Assembly: GCA_035493515.1 (NCBI GenBank)
Contig: DATJID010000035.1
Location: 43,422 to 107,421 of the forward strand
Origin: Candidatus Binataceae bacterium
GTDB taxonomy: Bacteria; Desulfobacterota; Binatia; Binatales; Binataceae
Reading direction: 5' to 3'
Length of the DNA: 64,000 nt
The notes beneath the pieces are model-generated. The model searched no databases and was not told the origin of the DNA. It was given only the letters and a program-made list of their open reading frames with translations. A program made the position numbers and the translations under genes. Shown one piece after another: positions 45,671 to 55,587 of this stretch (positions within the stretch are counted from its first letter, which is position 1; the number at the start of each line of letters is the position of its first letter).

Positions 45671-46540
45671 ATGGCGGATATTATCGGGCCCACTTCGCAC
45701 TACTTCTACTCGCAGCGGCTCAAGCTGCATTACGTCGACTGGGGCAACACGGACAAGCCGATGGCGATCCTGGTGCACGGCGGACGCGACCATTGCCGCA
45801 ACTGGGACTGGGTCGCGCTCGAGCTGCGCCGCCATTTTCATCTGATCGCTCCCGACCTTCGCGGTCACGGCGATTCCGACTGGGCGATCGGCGGCAGCTA
45901 CGCAATGATCGACCACGTGCTCGATCTCTACCAGCTCATGAACGCGATCGCCGGCGGCCCGGTCACCTTGATCGGCCATTCGCTCGGCGCGGGAGTGGCC
46001 CTGCAGGCGGCCGGCGTATTCCCCGATTCGGTCAAGGCACTGGTCGCAATCGAGGGTCTGGGGCCGCCCTCCGCGATGCTGCGGGAGACGCCCGCTTACG
46101 AGCGGATGGACCACTGGGTGGGCGACATGCGCGCGCTCGCTCAGCGCAAACCGCGCGAGTACCCGAACATCGAAGAGGCGCTGGAACGGATGCGCGTCGC
46201 AAACCCGCATCTCAGTCCGGAGCAGGCGCGCCATCTGACCATCCACGGCGTGCGGCGCAATGAGAACGGCACCTATTCATGGAAGTTCGACAACTATACG
46301 CGCGCTCACTCGCCCTACCTGTTCAACCTCAAGGACGCGACCGAAATCTGGAGCCAGATCCGCTGCCCCACGCTGATGGTGCGCGGCGACGAGTCGTGGG
46401 CCGGTGACTGGGAACGCGACGGACGCCTGGACTCTTTCCGCACCGCCGAACTGGTGACAATCCGCAAGGCCGGCCACTGGGTGCATCACGATCAGCTCGC
46501 GGAATTTCTCGCTGTGGTGCGCCGATTCCTTGGCGTGTAG
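45671..46540 (+). CDS. alpha/beta-fold hydrolase
   Basis: HGGRDHCRNWDWV...GHGDSD, nucleophile elbow GHSLGAG, 289 aa. Confidence 0.8.
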   Translation: MADIIGPTSHYFYSQRLKLHYVDWGNTDKPMAILVHGGRDHCRNWDWVALELRRHFHLIAPDLRGHGDSDWAIGGSYAMIDHVLDLYQLMNAIAGGPVTLIGHSLGAGVALQAAGVFPDSVKALVAIEGLGPPSAMLRETPAYERMDHWVGDMRALAQRKPREYPNIEEALERMRVANPHLSPEQARHLTIHGVRRNENGTYSWKFDNYTRAHSPYLFNLKDATEIWSQIRCPTLMVRGDESWAGDWERDGRLDSFRTAELVTIRKAGHWVHHDQLAEFLAVVRRFLGV

Positions 46541-46654
46541 CGGATGGGCCCGGCAAAGTGTGCTGGCAAAGTGTGCCGCCAAAGTGTCTTGGCAAAGTGC
46601 GCCGGAGGGGAGCCCGCGAAGCGCGCGGGGCGAGGATGAGGAGGGAGCCGGCTG

Positions 46655-48679
46655 ATGCCGATGTCGCGGCCGTTATCGCTACGCACTGATGAGTTCAACT
46701 ACACGCTGCAGATTCTGCTGGCGGCGGCGGTCGGCGTGTTGGCCGCGCTGGGTAACTTGGGTTTTCGCGTACTGATCGAATTCTTCACCTGGGTCTTCCT
46801 GGGACTGGAATGGGGCGCGCTCGAAATCGACCGCGGCGGCTGGCAACTCGGACTGGTGCCGGTGGTTCTGCTGAGCGGCGGCGTCGGTATGATCCTGCTC
46901 AACCGGCTGTTTCCGGGCGACGTACTCGGCTACGGCTTCCCGAATTTTCTCGAAATGGTGAACCTCGGCAGCGCGCGGATCAAGCGGCGCTGGATTGTGC
47001 TCAAAGCGGTGGGCGCGGCGCTGTCGCTCGGATGCGGCGCCTCGGTCGGACGCGAAGGACCAATTGCGCAGATTGGCGGAGCGATCGGCTCGGCCGTCGC
47101 CCAATTGCGACGCCTGCCGGCTAACCGCGCCAAGGTCCTGATAGCGGCCGGCGCGGGCGCTGGAATCGCTACCACCTTCAACGCCCCGGTCGGCGGCGTG
47201 TTGTTTGCGCAGGAGATCGTGCTCCTCGGCGAGACCGAGCTCGGCAATCTGACATTATTGCTGGTTGCGACTGTGAGCGCAGTAGTCTTTTCGCGCGCGG
47301 TTACCGGCGATGGAGCGGTCTTTCAAACCCCGGTGTTCGTGATGCGCAGTTATTGGGAGCTGCTGCCATACGCCATGATGGGTGTGTTGTTGGGTGTGCT
47401 GGCCGCCGGCTACATCCGGTTCTTCAATACCACCGCCGCAGCCTTCCGCAAATTTAAGGTGTCACAGTGGGCGCGCCTGGCGCTGGGTTTGCTAATCGTC
47501 GGACTGATCGCGATTCCGTTGCCGCAGAACCTTTCCGACGGTTACCCGATAATAAATCGCGCGATGGAAGGGCGCTTCGAGATCGGGATGACGCTCGCGC
47601 TTACCGGGGCCAAGTTCTTCAGCTCCAGCGTGTCGCTCGCCTGCGGTGCGCCGGGCGGCGTTTTCGGCCCGACCTTTTTCATCGGCACGATGGCGGGGGC
47701 GACGTTTCAGCGCGCGATGGCTTTGCTACTGCCACAGATGACCGGCCCGCGCGGCTCCTACGCGCTGGTCGGATTGGGCACGTTTCTGTGCGGCGTGACC
47801 CACGCCCCCCTGACCGCGCTTTTTTTGCTGCTCGACATGACTCAGGATTACCAGATTGCACTGCCCGCGATGATCGCGATCGTTACTGCGCTGGTGGTCT
47901 CGCGCTCGCTCGAGCACGAATCCATCGACACCTATCGCCTCGCGCGCGAGGGCAAAACGCTCGAAATCGGCCGCGAACGGCTGGTGCTGACGCAGGTTCC
48001 GGTCGAAAGCGTGATGACGCACGATCCAGCGGTCGTGCACGCCGACGCGCCGCTCACGGCAATCCTGCAGGCGGCGGGCGAAACCGCGCAAACGACTTTG
48101 CCGGTGGTCGACGGCGCAGGCGAACTCGTCGGCCTCATCGTGACTCACGACCTGGTTGCGATGCTGGGCAGCCAGGCCGACGTCGCGGGCCTGGTCAACG
48201 CCTATGACATCTGCCGCCGCAACTGCCCGGTGGTGAGCAGCGACTCCAATCTCGACGAAGCCGCGCAATTGATGGAATCCGAGGGCCTCGAGGAATTGCC
48301 GGTGGTGGATGGTGCCGGCGGACCGCGCGCGCGTCATCTTGCCGGCCTCGTCGCACGCAAGGATATCGGCCAGGTCTTAAACCGCATGGCGGTGTCGCTC
48401 TCGACGCTGGCCAGCACCGGCACCAGCATCTTCTGGGCGACCGGCTATCGCCTGATCCGCGTCCTCGTGCCGCCGAGCGCGGAAGGCAAAACCATGGTTG
48501 AACTGGCACCGCGCGCGCGCTTCGGCGTGAGCGTGCTCGCGGTTCAGAAATCCGGATCGGACGAAGACGGGTTTACTCCCATTTCGCCTGACCGCAAGCT
48601 CGACGCCGGCGATACCATCATGGCCGCCGGGCGCCCGTCCGATCTGCGCCGCTTCATCCGCGAGCTTGAGGGAATGTAG
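46655..48679 (+). CDS. ClC-family voltage-gated chloride channel with tandem CBS domains and C-terminal TrkA-C domain
   Basis: GREGPIAQIG, GAPGGVFGP/GxFxP motifs, two CBS units, and a C-terminal TrkA_C-like segment (VSVLAVQKSGSDEDGFTPISPDRKLDAGDTIMAAG). Confidence 0.8.
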   Translation: MPMSRPLSLRTDEFNYTLQILLAAAVGVLAALGNLGFRVLIEFFTWVFLGLEWGALEIDRGGWQLGLVPVVLLSGGVGMILLNRLFPGDVLGYGFPNFLEMVNLGSARIKRRWIVLKAVGAALSLGCGASVGREGPIAQIGGAIGSAVAQLRRLPANRAKVLIAAGAGAGIATTFNAPVGGVLFAQEIVLLGETELGNLTLLLVATVSAVVFSRAVTGDGAVFQTPVFVMRSYWELLPYAMMGVLLGVLAAGYIRFFNTTAAAFRKFKVSQWARLALGLLIVGLIAIPLPQNLSDGYPIINRAMEGRFEIGMTLALTGAKFFSSSVSLACGAPGGVFGPTFFIGTMAGATFQRAMALLLPQMTGPRGSYALVGLGTFLCGVTHAPLTALFLLLDMTQDYQIALPAMIAIVTALVVSRSLEHESIDTYRLAREGKTLEIGRERLVLTQVPVESVMTHDPAVVHADAPLTAILQAAGETAQTTLPVVDGAGELVGLIVTHDLVAMLGSQADVAGLVNAYDICRRNCPVVSSDSNLDEAAQLMESEGLEELPVVDGAGGPRARHLAGLVARKDIGQVLNRMAVSLSTLASTGTSIFWATGYRLIRVLVPPSAEGKTMVELAPRARFGVSVLAVQKSGSDEDGFTPISPDRKLDAGDTIMAAGRPSDLRRFIRELEGM

Positions 48680-48775
48680 TGCCGGGCCGGACAGTTACCC
48701 GGTTTCACCTCGAGGTGATAGAAAGATTTCCGATTGCTCTCTACCGAGCCCGACGAAAACCCGGAGGACAAGGTC

Positions 48776-49861
48776 ATGCGCGCTGCCGTCATGCGTAACA
48801 AAAAACTCGTGGTCGACGATATTGCGACGCCCGCGCCGGGTCCCGGCGAAGCGCTGGTCAAGACACTCGCCTGCGGAATTTGCGGCTCCGATCTGCATGC
48901 GCTCAAGCACGCCGAGAAACTGGTTGAAGGGGCGCGGCGCTCCGGCGGCCCGTTCATCATGGATCTGGCGCGCGACGTCGTGATGGGCCACGAGTTCTGC
49001 GCCGAGGTCGTCGACTACGGACCCAAGACCCAGCGCCGCTTCAAGCCCGGCGCGCGAGTTTGTGCGATGCCCGTGCTGATTCGGCCGACCGGGGCCGAGA
49101 CGGTCGGCTACTCCAACGACCATCCCGGCGGTTACGGCGAGTTCATGCGGCTGACCGAGAAGCTGTTGCTCGAGGTGCCTAACGGGCTTGCGACCGAGCG
49201 CGCCGCGCTGACCGAGCCGCTCGCGGTCGGCTATCACGCGGTGGCCAGGGCCCGGATGGAGAAGGATGACGCGCCGCTGGTAATCGGATGCGGCCCGGTG
49301 GGCCTCGCCGTCATCGCCGCGCTCAAGCTCAAGGGCGTGCATCCGATCGTCGCGGCGGATTTCTCACCGCGCCGCCGCGCGCTGGCGCAGGAGATGGGCG
49401 CCGACGTGGTGGTCGATCCCAGGGAGAAGTCGCCATACGAAAGCTGGCGCGAACTCGCGGCCTATAGAGATCCCGCGCGCGCGCCGCAACTGCCGCCCTG
49501 GATGCCGGGGCCGGTGCTGCGGCCGGCGGTGATCTTTGAATGTGTGGGGGTGCCGGGCGTGATCGAAGCGATAATGGCCGCGGCGCCGGCCCATGCGCGG
49601 ATGGTAGTGGTCGGCGTTTGCATGGAGCGCGACCATATCGAGCCGCTGTTCGGGATCAACAAGGAATTGAACCTGCAGTTCGTCCTCGGCTATACCGGCG
49701 AAGAATTCGCCGACACGTTGCGCAACCTGGCCGAGGGCAAGGTCAACGGCGATCCGCTGGTGACCGGGAAAGTCGGAGTCGAAGGGGTCGCGCAGGCCTT
49801 CGAGGATCTGGCCTCGCCCGAGCGGCACGCGAAAATTCTAGTCGAGCCATGGCGTAGCTGA
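48776..49861 (+). CDS. zinc-dependent alcohol dehydrogenase (MDR family)
   Basis: CGICGSDLHA catalytic-zinc motif; GCGPVGLAVIAALKLKG Rossmann. GGAGGA RBS 8 nt before the ATG at 48776; the track start at 48734 is a TTG. Confidence 0.8.
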   Translation: MRAAVMRNKKLVVDDIATPAPGPGEALVKTLACGICGSDLHALKHAEKLVEGARRSGGPFIMDLARDVVMGHEFCAEVVDYGPKTQRRFKPGARVCAMPVLIRPTGAETVGYSNDHPGGYGEFMRLTEKLLLEVPNGLATERAALTEPLAVGYHAVARARMEKDDAPLVIGCGPVGLAVIAALKLKGVHPIVAADFSPRRRALAQEMGADVVVDPREKSPYESWRELAAYRDPARAPQLPPWMPGPVLRPAVIFECVGVPGVIEAIMAAAPAHARMVVVGVCMERDHIEPLFGINKELNLQFVLGYTGEEFADTLRNLAEGKVNGDPLVTGKVGVEGVAQAFEDLASPERHAKILVEPWRS

Positions 49862-49869
49862 ACGCGGGT

Positions 49870-50544
49870 CTATTCGCTCGCCCCCGGAGCCGCCGCGTCT
49901 TCGAAACGAAAGGGGCGGGCGCGGCCCGCGCGCAGTTCCGTGCACAAACCCTCGACGTCGCTCACCGCGCGCTCAAGTTCCGTCGCGCAAGTGAGGAACC
50001 ACTTCGGCGTTACGAAATGCGCGTCGCTGCCACCGACGCCGACCAGCCCGAGCTTCTCGGTCGCGACCCGGGCCGCCTCGTTTTCACGTGGCGAATTCTG
50101 CCCGTTGAGCGCCTCGATCACGCCGAGCGCCGCGCCATGGCGCGCCAGCAGATCGTCGAGCTGCGGACCGAAGCCGGAGTCGCGGAACGGATGCGCCGGA
50201 ATCGCGATTCCGCCTTCACCGTGGACCACTTCGATAAGCTGGTCGCTCTTGAGCATCCGCGAACTCAGGTCGAAGCGCCGTAGCACCTCGCGCGTGACCC
50301 CGTACAGCAGCAAATGGCCCAGGTTGGTGTCGGCCTCGATCCCCTTGAACACCATCACGCCGAACCGCTCCGTCAACTCGGCGTAACGCAGGTCGAGCGC
50401 CGGATCGGCCGGGAACAGGCGATGCTCGGTGAAGCAGATCGCGTCGAGCCGCCGCGGCGACCGCGCCGCGGCCTCAACGTAGGCGTCGGGCGCGATGTTG
50501 GAATCCGAAGAGAGCAGCGTATGAACATGCAGGTCGATAAGCAT
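49870..50544 (-). CDS. PHP-domain phosphoesterase
   Basis: MLIDLHVHTLLSSD N-terminal PHP motif, further His/Asp clusters (CFTEHR, IPAHPF, GGSDAHF); 224 aa. The upstream 140 aa of the track ORF are Arg-rich junk. Confidence 0.7.
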   Translation of the reverse strand: MLIDLHVHTLLSSDSNIAPDAYVEAAARSPRRLDAICFTEHRLFPADPALDLRYAELTERFGVMVFKGIEADTNLGHLLLYGVTREVLRRFDLSSRMLKSDQLIEVVHGEGGIAIPAHPFRDSGFGPQLDDLLARHGAALGVIEALNGQNSPRENEAARVATEKLGLVGVGGSDAHFVTPKWFLTCATELERAVSDVEGLCTELRAGRARPFRFEDAAAPGASE

Positions 50545-50633
50545 AATTGATGATTCCCGGCTTGCCGGTGCGGCCTTGAAACGCGTCCTGCAATCGCGCG
50601 CGGCGGACGAATTACGGCTCTGTCGCGGGCGCT

Positions 50634-52256
50634 CTACGGAACGCCGCTTTGCACTCGTATATTGTCTTTGAGCGAAACCACGCCCGCGACGTTCAACGCC
50701 AGCATCTGCACCATCGCTTCGTCGGTCGCGGTCGGTACCGTGCCCGTCAGCACCATCGTGTCTCCGACCATACGGAAGTGCACGCCGGTCAGGCCGCCGG
50801 CGTCGAGCGCGGCGCGAAAAGCGTCCAGCCGCGCGGCGCGAAATTCCAAGGGCGGCGAATCGGGGCCCGGCGCTCCGGGCTCCGCCTCCGGCGCTGGCAG
50901 GCCAGGTGCGGGCGCGTCGGCGCGGGTCGCGTCGGGCGGATTGGCTCCCGAATCGGTTCCGCCTCCGACCAGGTTCAGGCACGAGACCGCTCTGACTGCC
51001 GCGAAAGTTCCCACGAAGATCAACACCAGCACCAGGATCGGACGGCGCGCGCCGCGCGTGCGGCGAGATACCGGCGCGCCGCTGGGCGCGAAACGCGCGC
51101 GCTCCTCGCTCGCGGGTGGAACCGACAAGAGCACGGTAGAGGCTTCATGATCGGCCGGAGCGCCGGCTGGGGCGGCGGGCGGCGCGAAACTCACCTCCGC
51201 GCCGCAGAAGGAACAGAAGCGCGAGTCGGAGGGAATCGCCCGTCCGCATTCGCGGCAATCGAATTCCGCCTCCGTACGGAGCACCGTGGGCGCCGACGGT
51301 GACGCGGCTCGCGGAGCGCCGGCGCTCCCGAGCGGCAGCTGAAGCTGCGAACGTGCGCCGGAGGGCGGCGGCGCCGGCGCGGCTGATTGCGCCTCTTCCG
51401 TCGCGCTCGCTTGTGCTCCGTCGTTGGCGTGCTCCGGCCGGTCCGCCCCAACGCCGCCGAGGCGAATCTCTTCCAGCCGGCGCTTGAATTCCGCTGCGCT
51501 TGGCACGCGCCGCTCGACGTCGTAGGCGAGCGCGTCGTCCACCAGCGCCGCCAGCGCGGGCTCGACCTCGGGACATAACCTGCCGAGCGGCGGAAAGCTG
51601 AAGGGCGCTTCATTGGCCGGGTCGCGGCCGCTAAGCGCGTGATGCATCGTGGCGCCGAGCGCGTAAAGATCCGAGCGCTGCTCGACCTTGCCGCGGTATT
51701 GCTCGGGCGGCGCATAGCCCTGGGTGCCGATCATGGTCGCGTTTTGCTGCGGCTGGAAATGGCGCGCGATACCGAAGTCGATAAGCTTGGCCTGTCCGTT
51801 GACCATCATCATCACGTTGGACGGCTTGAGGTCGCGGTAAATCACCGGCGGTTCGAGTCCGTGCAGGTACTCAAGCGTGGCGAGAATTTGCAGCGCGATA
51901 TCGATTGTGCGCGGCTCGGCCAACCGCCCACCGGTTTGCTTCATCTCCTCTTCGAGCGTCGCGCCGTCGATATATTCCATCACCAGGTAATGACGGTTCT
52001 GTTCGCTGAAGCGGTCGAAGACGCGGGGGATGTGCTCGTTGTTGAGCCGCGCCAGCATGTCGGCCTCGCGCTGGAAGGCGTCGACCGCCTGGCGCTGCGC
52101 GTCGGGGTTGGTGAAATTGTCCACCACCTCGGCCAATGCGCAGCGGCGCGCGGCGAGGCGCAGGTCCTCGGCCAGGTAAACCAGCTTCATCCCGCCGCCG
52201 CCCAGTGGCTTCACGACACGGTAGCGGCCGCCGACTATGGTGTTTGGAGCAATCAT
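50634..52256 (-). CDS. Hanks-type Ser/Thr protein kinase with Zn-ribbon, TM segment and C-terminal BON domain
   Basis: GGGGMKLVY Gly-loop/Lys, HRDLKPSNV catalytic loop, DFG, APE. Then CRECG...CSFCG, a TM (ILVLVLIFVGTFAAV), and a BON-like C-terminus (VHFRMVGDTMVLTGTV...SLKDNIRVQ). Confidence 0.8.
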   Translation of the reverse strand: MIAPNTIVGGRYRVVKPLGGGGMKLVYLAEDLRLAARRCALAEVVDNFTNPDAQRQAVDAFQREADMLARLNNEHIPRVFDRFSEQNRHYLVMEYIDGATLEEEMKQTGGRLAEPRTIDIALQILATLEYLHGLEPPVIYRDLKPSNVMMMVNGQAKLIDFGIARHFQPQQNATMIGTQGYAPPEQYRGKVEQRSDLYALGATMHHALSGRDPANEAPFSFPPLGRLCPEVEPALAALVDDALAYDVERRVPSAAEFKRRLEEIRLGGVGADRPEHANDGAQASATEEAQSAAPAPPPSGARSQLQLPLGSAGAPRAASPSAPTVLRTEAEFDCRECGRAIPSDSRFCSFCGAEVSFAPPAAPAGAPADHEASTVLLSVPPASEERARFAPSGAPVSRRTRGARRPILVLVLIFVGTFAAVRAVSCLNLVGGGTDSGANPPDATRADAPAPGLPAPEAEPGAPGPDSPPLEFRAARLDAFRAALDAGGLTGVHFRMVGDTMVLTGTVPTATDEAMVQMLALNVAGVVSLKDNIRVQSGVP

Positions 52257-52274
52257 CGCAACGGGTCGCGGTAG

Positions 52275-52682
52275 TTAATGCGACGGCGGTCCTGCCGTCA
52301 ACGCCCGGGAGGCGCGAATCCCGCGCCGCTCCGCGTCCAGCGCCGCGGCGCGCGCCGCTGACACTGCGCAAACCAGGTGAATAAGTAGGCCCAGCGACGT
52401 CGAAATTCCGTAAGCGAACAGCGCCCCGAAAAACCATCCGACCGCGCGCCCCGTGCGCCCCGCGTAAAAATGGCCGAGCCCCGGCACCATACTCAGCACG
52501 AACGCGATAAGCGCGGGCGAATTCAGATCGCCGAACCATCCCGCAACTCCGAGCCGCGCGCCGCACTGTTTGCAGAACACCGCCGCCGGGACTACCACCG
52601 GCTGGCCGCACTGCGAACAGAAACGCGCCCGCGTGGTTGCCGTTTGGGCGATTCCCGTGCCGGCCATGCGGATTTCAGCCAT
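52275..52682 (-). CDS. zinc-ribbon + TM2-domain small membrane protein
   Basis: MAEIRMAG start at 52682 overlaps the FHA-gene stop. CSQCG...CKQCG, then TM2-like GLGHFYAG with two hydrophobic helices. Confidence 0.5.
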   Translation of the reverse strand: MAEIRMAGTGIAQTATTRARFCSQCGQPVVVPAAVFCKQCGARLGVAGWFGDLNSPALIAFVLSMVPGLGHFYAGRTGRAVGWFFGALFAYGISTSLGLLIHLVCAVSAARAAALDAERRGIRASRALTAGPPSH

Positions 52683-53982
52683 GGAACACAAACGGTGCGT
52701 CGCCCAGCCGCACTTCGTCGCCGTTGGCGAGCTGGCGTGACCCGTCGATCCGCTGGCCGCGGATGAAGGTGCCGTTCTGGCTGGAGAGGTCGCGCAGCGC
52801 GAAGCCGCCGTTTTGCGGCACGATAGTGGCGTGATGGCGCGAGACCGAAGCGTCGGCGACCACGATGTCGTTGTCGATCGCGCGGCCCAAATTCGTGGGC
52901 GCGCGCGGTCGCAACTCGTGCCGGCTGCCGTTTGCGTCAACCAGGCATGGCGTCGCCATCCGACCGACGTGCGGCGGCACCGCGGGCCGCGCGGGTTCGC
53001 CGTATTGACCCTCCTGGCGCACGACGGCGGGACGCGGCCCGGCACTCGCGCGCTTGAGATGGAAGCTCAATTCGTAGTCGGAAATTTTGATCCGGTCGCC
53101 CTCGCGCAGCTCGGCGGTTTCGATTCGGCTGCCATTGAGCGACACGCCCTGCTGCACGGCGAGGCTTTTCAGCACGTAGGTGTTGCCATGGCGCTCGATC
53201 ACCGCATGGCGCGGCTGCACGCCGGGGTCGCCAAAAAGTCCGACCGCATTTTCTTCGGCGCGCCCGAGCGTAGCCGCGGCGCGATCGATATTGAAGCTGC
53301 GCCCGCGCAGCCGCCCGGCCTCGACATTTAGCCACGCGCTCTTGGTCAGCTCTTGCACCAGCCCGATCAGCAGTCCGACCGCCAACCCGAGCGCGCACAA
53401 TCCGAACAGCCGCGAATATAGCCCGCTGGCGTTGGCTCCGATGACGTCGAAGGCCACGCCGCCAGCGAAGCCGCCCACCCATCCGCCGACTGCGCCCTTT
53501 ACGATGTTGCGTAGCGAACCCCCGAGGTCCTTGAGCGAGCCGCTCGCGAGGCCCACGCCGGCGCCGCAGATAAAGCCCATCAGGACCCATCCGATTACCC
53601 GCGCGATACGCAGATAGATCTCCGAACCAGGCTGGTTGGCGCCCCATCCGCCGGCCGACAGGATCATCGTGAAGACGAGATTGGAGTAATAAACCGCGGG
53701 CAACCCGATGAGGAAGCAGACCACGAGTCCGATTAAAAAGCGCCGCGTTGCCGCCGGCGAAAACTGCAGGCTTTTGCCCTGCGCCGCCACGATCAATCCA
53801 CCGACCAGCCCCCAGAACAATGCCATAGAGGCGACGCCCGCTATTTGGGTCCAGACGTCCTCGACCTGCGTGATGCTGTGGCCATGGCTGACCAGCTCGA
53901 CCGGAATCCATCCGAGCGCCCCGCCGATGAGTCCGGCCAGGGCCAGAAAGGTAAGTTCACGGCGGTCAATGGCGTCGTTCAT
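52675..53982 (-). CDS. polytopic membrane protein with two C-terminal FHA domains
   Basis: ~230 aa multi-TM N-terminus. FHA1 (GRAEENAVGLFGDPGVQPRHAVIERHGNTYVLKSLAVQQGVSLNG) and FHA2 (GRAIDNDIVVADASVSRHHATIVPQNGGFALRDLSSQNGTFIRG). Confidence 0.75.
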   Translation of the reverse strand: MNDAIDRRELTFLALAGLIGGALGWIPVELVSHGHSITQVEDVWTQIAGVASMALFWGLVGGLIVAAQGKSLQFSPAATRRFLIGLVVCFLIGLPAVYYSNLVFTMILSAGGWGANQPGSEIYLRIARVIGWVLMGFICGAGVGLASGSLKDLGGSLRNIVKGAVGGWVGGFAGGVAFDVIGANASGLYSRLFGLCALGLAVGLLIGLVQELTKSAWLNVEAGRLRGRSFNIDRAAATLGRAEENAVGLFGDPGVQPRHAVIERHGNTYVLKSLAVQQGVSLNGSRIETAELREGDRIKISDYELSFHLKRASAGPRPAVVRQEGQYGEPARPAVPPHVGRMATPCLVDANGSRHELRPRAPTNLGRAIDNDIVVADASVSRHHATIVPQNGGFALRDLSSQNGTFIRGQRIDGSRQLANGDEVRLGDAPFVFHG

Positions 53983-54273
53983 CGCGGCGAACCCATCCTC
54001 ATAATTTGGGCCTCGTGGTGTGAACAGAAGGCTGTCACAGGGCTCGACAAAGGGTTCGGCATCATCATTGAGACTTCAAATGCGCCATCCGTCGCGGCGC
54101 GCAATTAGTATAATAACCCGGCTTACGGATGCGGCAAACATCGAGCGAAGCCACATCCGCTCACCACTATATGTGAGCCGGAGTGCATCGAGGTTGGCGC
54201 GCGCGGGTTGCCCCTCTCAACGCAAACGGTACATTATTCGGATTCACGGATGGAGTAAGAACGGCAGGAGGTC

Positions 54274-55515
54274 ATGATGGCGGAGAATACCCTTGTACCT
54301 GAGGCATTTGGACCGTTGCAGGGGGTGAAAATCGTCTCGAGCGGCACCCTGATCGCCGAGCCGTTTGCCGCCGCGCTCGCCGCCGACATGGGAGCCGAGG
54401 TGATCCAGGTCGAACGCCCCGGCGTGGGCGACATGGGATGGCGGACGGTCGGCATCCGGCTCAAGACACGCGACGGCAAGGGCGAGACCGCGACCAACTG
54501 GGTACAGGAGCGGCGCAACGTTTTTTGCATCTCGCTCGACCTTACCCGGCCGCGCGGGCGCGAGTTGTTTCTGCGTCTGCTCGAACGCGCCGACATCTGG
54601 ATGGAAAGCTCCAAAGCCGGAACCTATCCGAAATGGGGTCTCGACGATCCCTCAGTATGGAAGGTCAATCCCAAGCTGGTGATCACTCACGTCAGCTCCT
54701 ATGGTCAGTACGGACATCCCGACTATGTCGGCCGCACGTCGTACGACATCGTGGGGCAGGCCTTCGGCGGCATCATGTACCAGACCGGCTTTCCCGATAC
54801 GCCGCCCTCGCGCGCCGCACCGTGGACCGGGGACTACCTGACGGCGCTGTTCACGCTATGGTCCTCGCTGGCGGGACTGACTTACGCGCGGACCTTCGGC
54901 AAGGGACAAGCGATCGATCTCGCGCAATACGAAGCAATTCATCGCACGCTCGGCGGCACGATGGTCGAGTACTTTCAGCAGGGCCTGGTGCGCGAGCGCT
55001 CGGGCAACAAGGCGCAGGGCTTTCAGCCGCTCGATAGCTTCGAGGCGAGCGACGGATGGGTGGTGCTGGGCGCGATCGGCGAGGTTTACGATCGCGTGGT
55101 GCGCGCCATCGGTCTCGATCCGGCCGACTCGAAGTGGCAAAAAGCGCGGCTGGACATCGAGTCGATGGAAGGGATCGAATTCGACGCGCTGTTGCGCGGA
55201 TGGATCAACGAACGGCCCGCGCTGGAAGTCGTACGGCACATGAACGAGCACAACGTCGCCTGCAACCGCATCATGTCGAGCAAGGATATGGCGGAGAACG
55301 AGCAGTATCGGGCACGCGACATGCACGTCGAATGGACCGACGAGCAGGCGGGCAAGGTCAAGGGCGTTGGGATCGTGCCTAAGTTCTCGGAGACGCCAGG
55401 CAAGATTTTCCGCGGCGCGGTGGGCGTCGGCCACGACAATGATCGGGTGTACGGCGAGCTTTTAGGCCTGAAGCCGACGGAGATTGAAGCGCTCAGGCGC
55501 GAGAAGCTGATTTAG
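54274..55515 (+). CDS. CoA-transferase family III (CaiB/BaiF) protein, second copy
   Basis: LQGVKIVSSGTLIAEPFAAALAADMGAEVIQVERP family III N-terminus; 413 aa. Confidence 0.8.
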   Translation: MMAENTLVPEAFGPLQGVKIVSSGTLIAEPFAAALAADMGAEVIQVERPGVGDMGWRTVGIRLKTRDGKGETATNWVQERRNVFCISLDLTRPRGRELFLRLLERADIWMESSKAGTYPKWGLDDPSVWKVNPKLVITHVSSYGQYGHPDYVGRTSYDIVGQAFGGIMYQTGFPDTPPSRAAPWTGDYLTALFTLWSSLAGLTYARTFGKGQAIDLAQYEAIHRTLGGTMVEYFQQGLVRERSGNKAQGFQPLDSFEASDGWVVLGAIGEVYDRVVRAIGLDPADSKWQKARLDIESMEGIEFDALLRGWINERPALEVVRHMNEHNVACNRIMSSKDMAENEQYRARDMHVEWTDEQAGKVKGVGIVPKFSETPGKIFRGAVGVGHDNDRVYGELLGLKPTEIEALRREKLI

Positions 55516-55587
55516 CTTAGCCACGCTGCGCACAAGACGCGCGGAATGCTGCGCGGGACGCGCGTCAGATGATGCGCGGCACGCGGC

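Noticed and set aside
43052-45693. Two long minus-strand ORFs (43052..44323, 44323..45693), and the 732-aa plus ORF 43432..45630
   Set aside because: The minus ORFs are antisense to the CoA-transferase and aminotransferase, both with clear motifs. The 732-aa plus ORF is the aminotransferase frame read back through an Arg-rich non-coding overlap with the CoA-transferase; the real start is ATG 44281.
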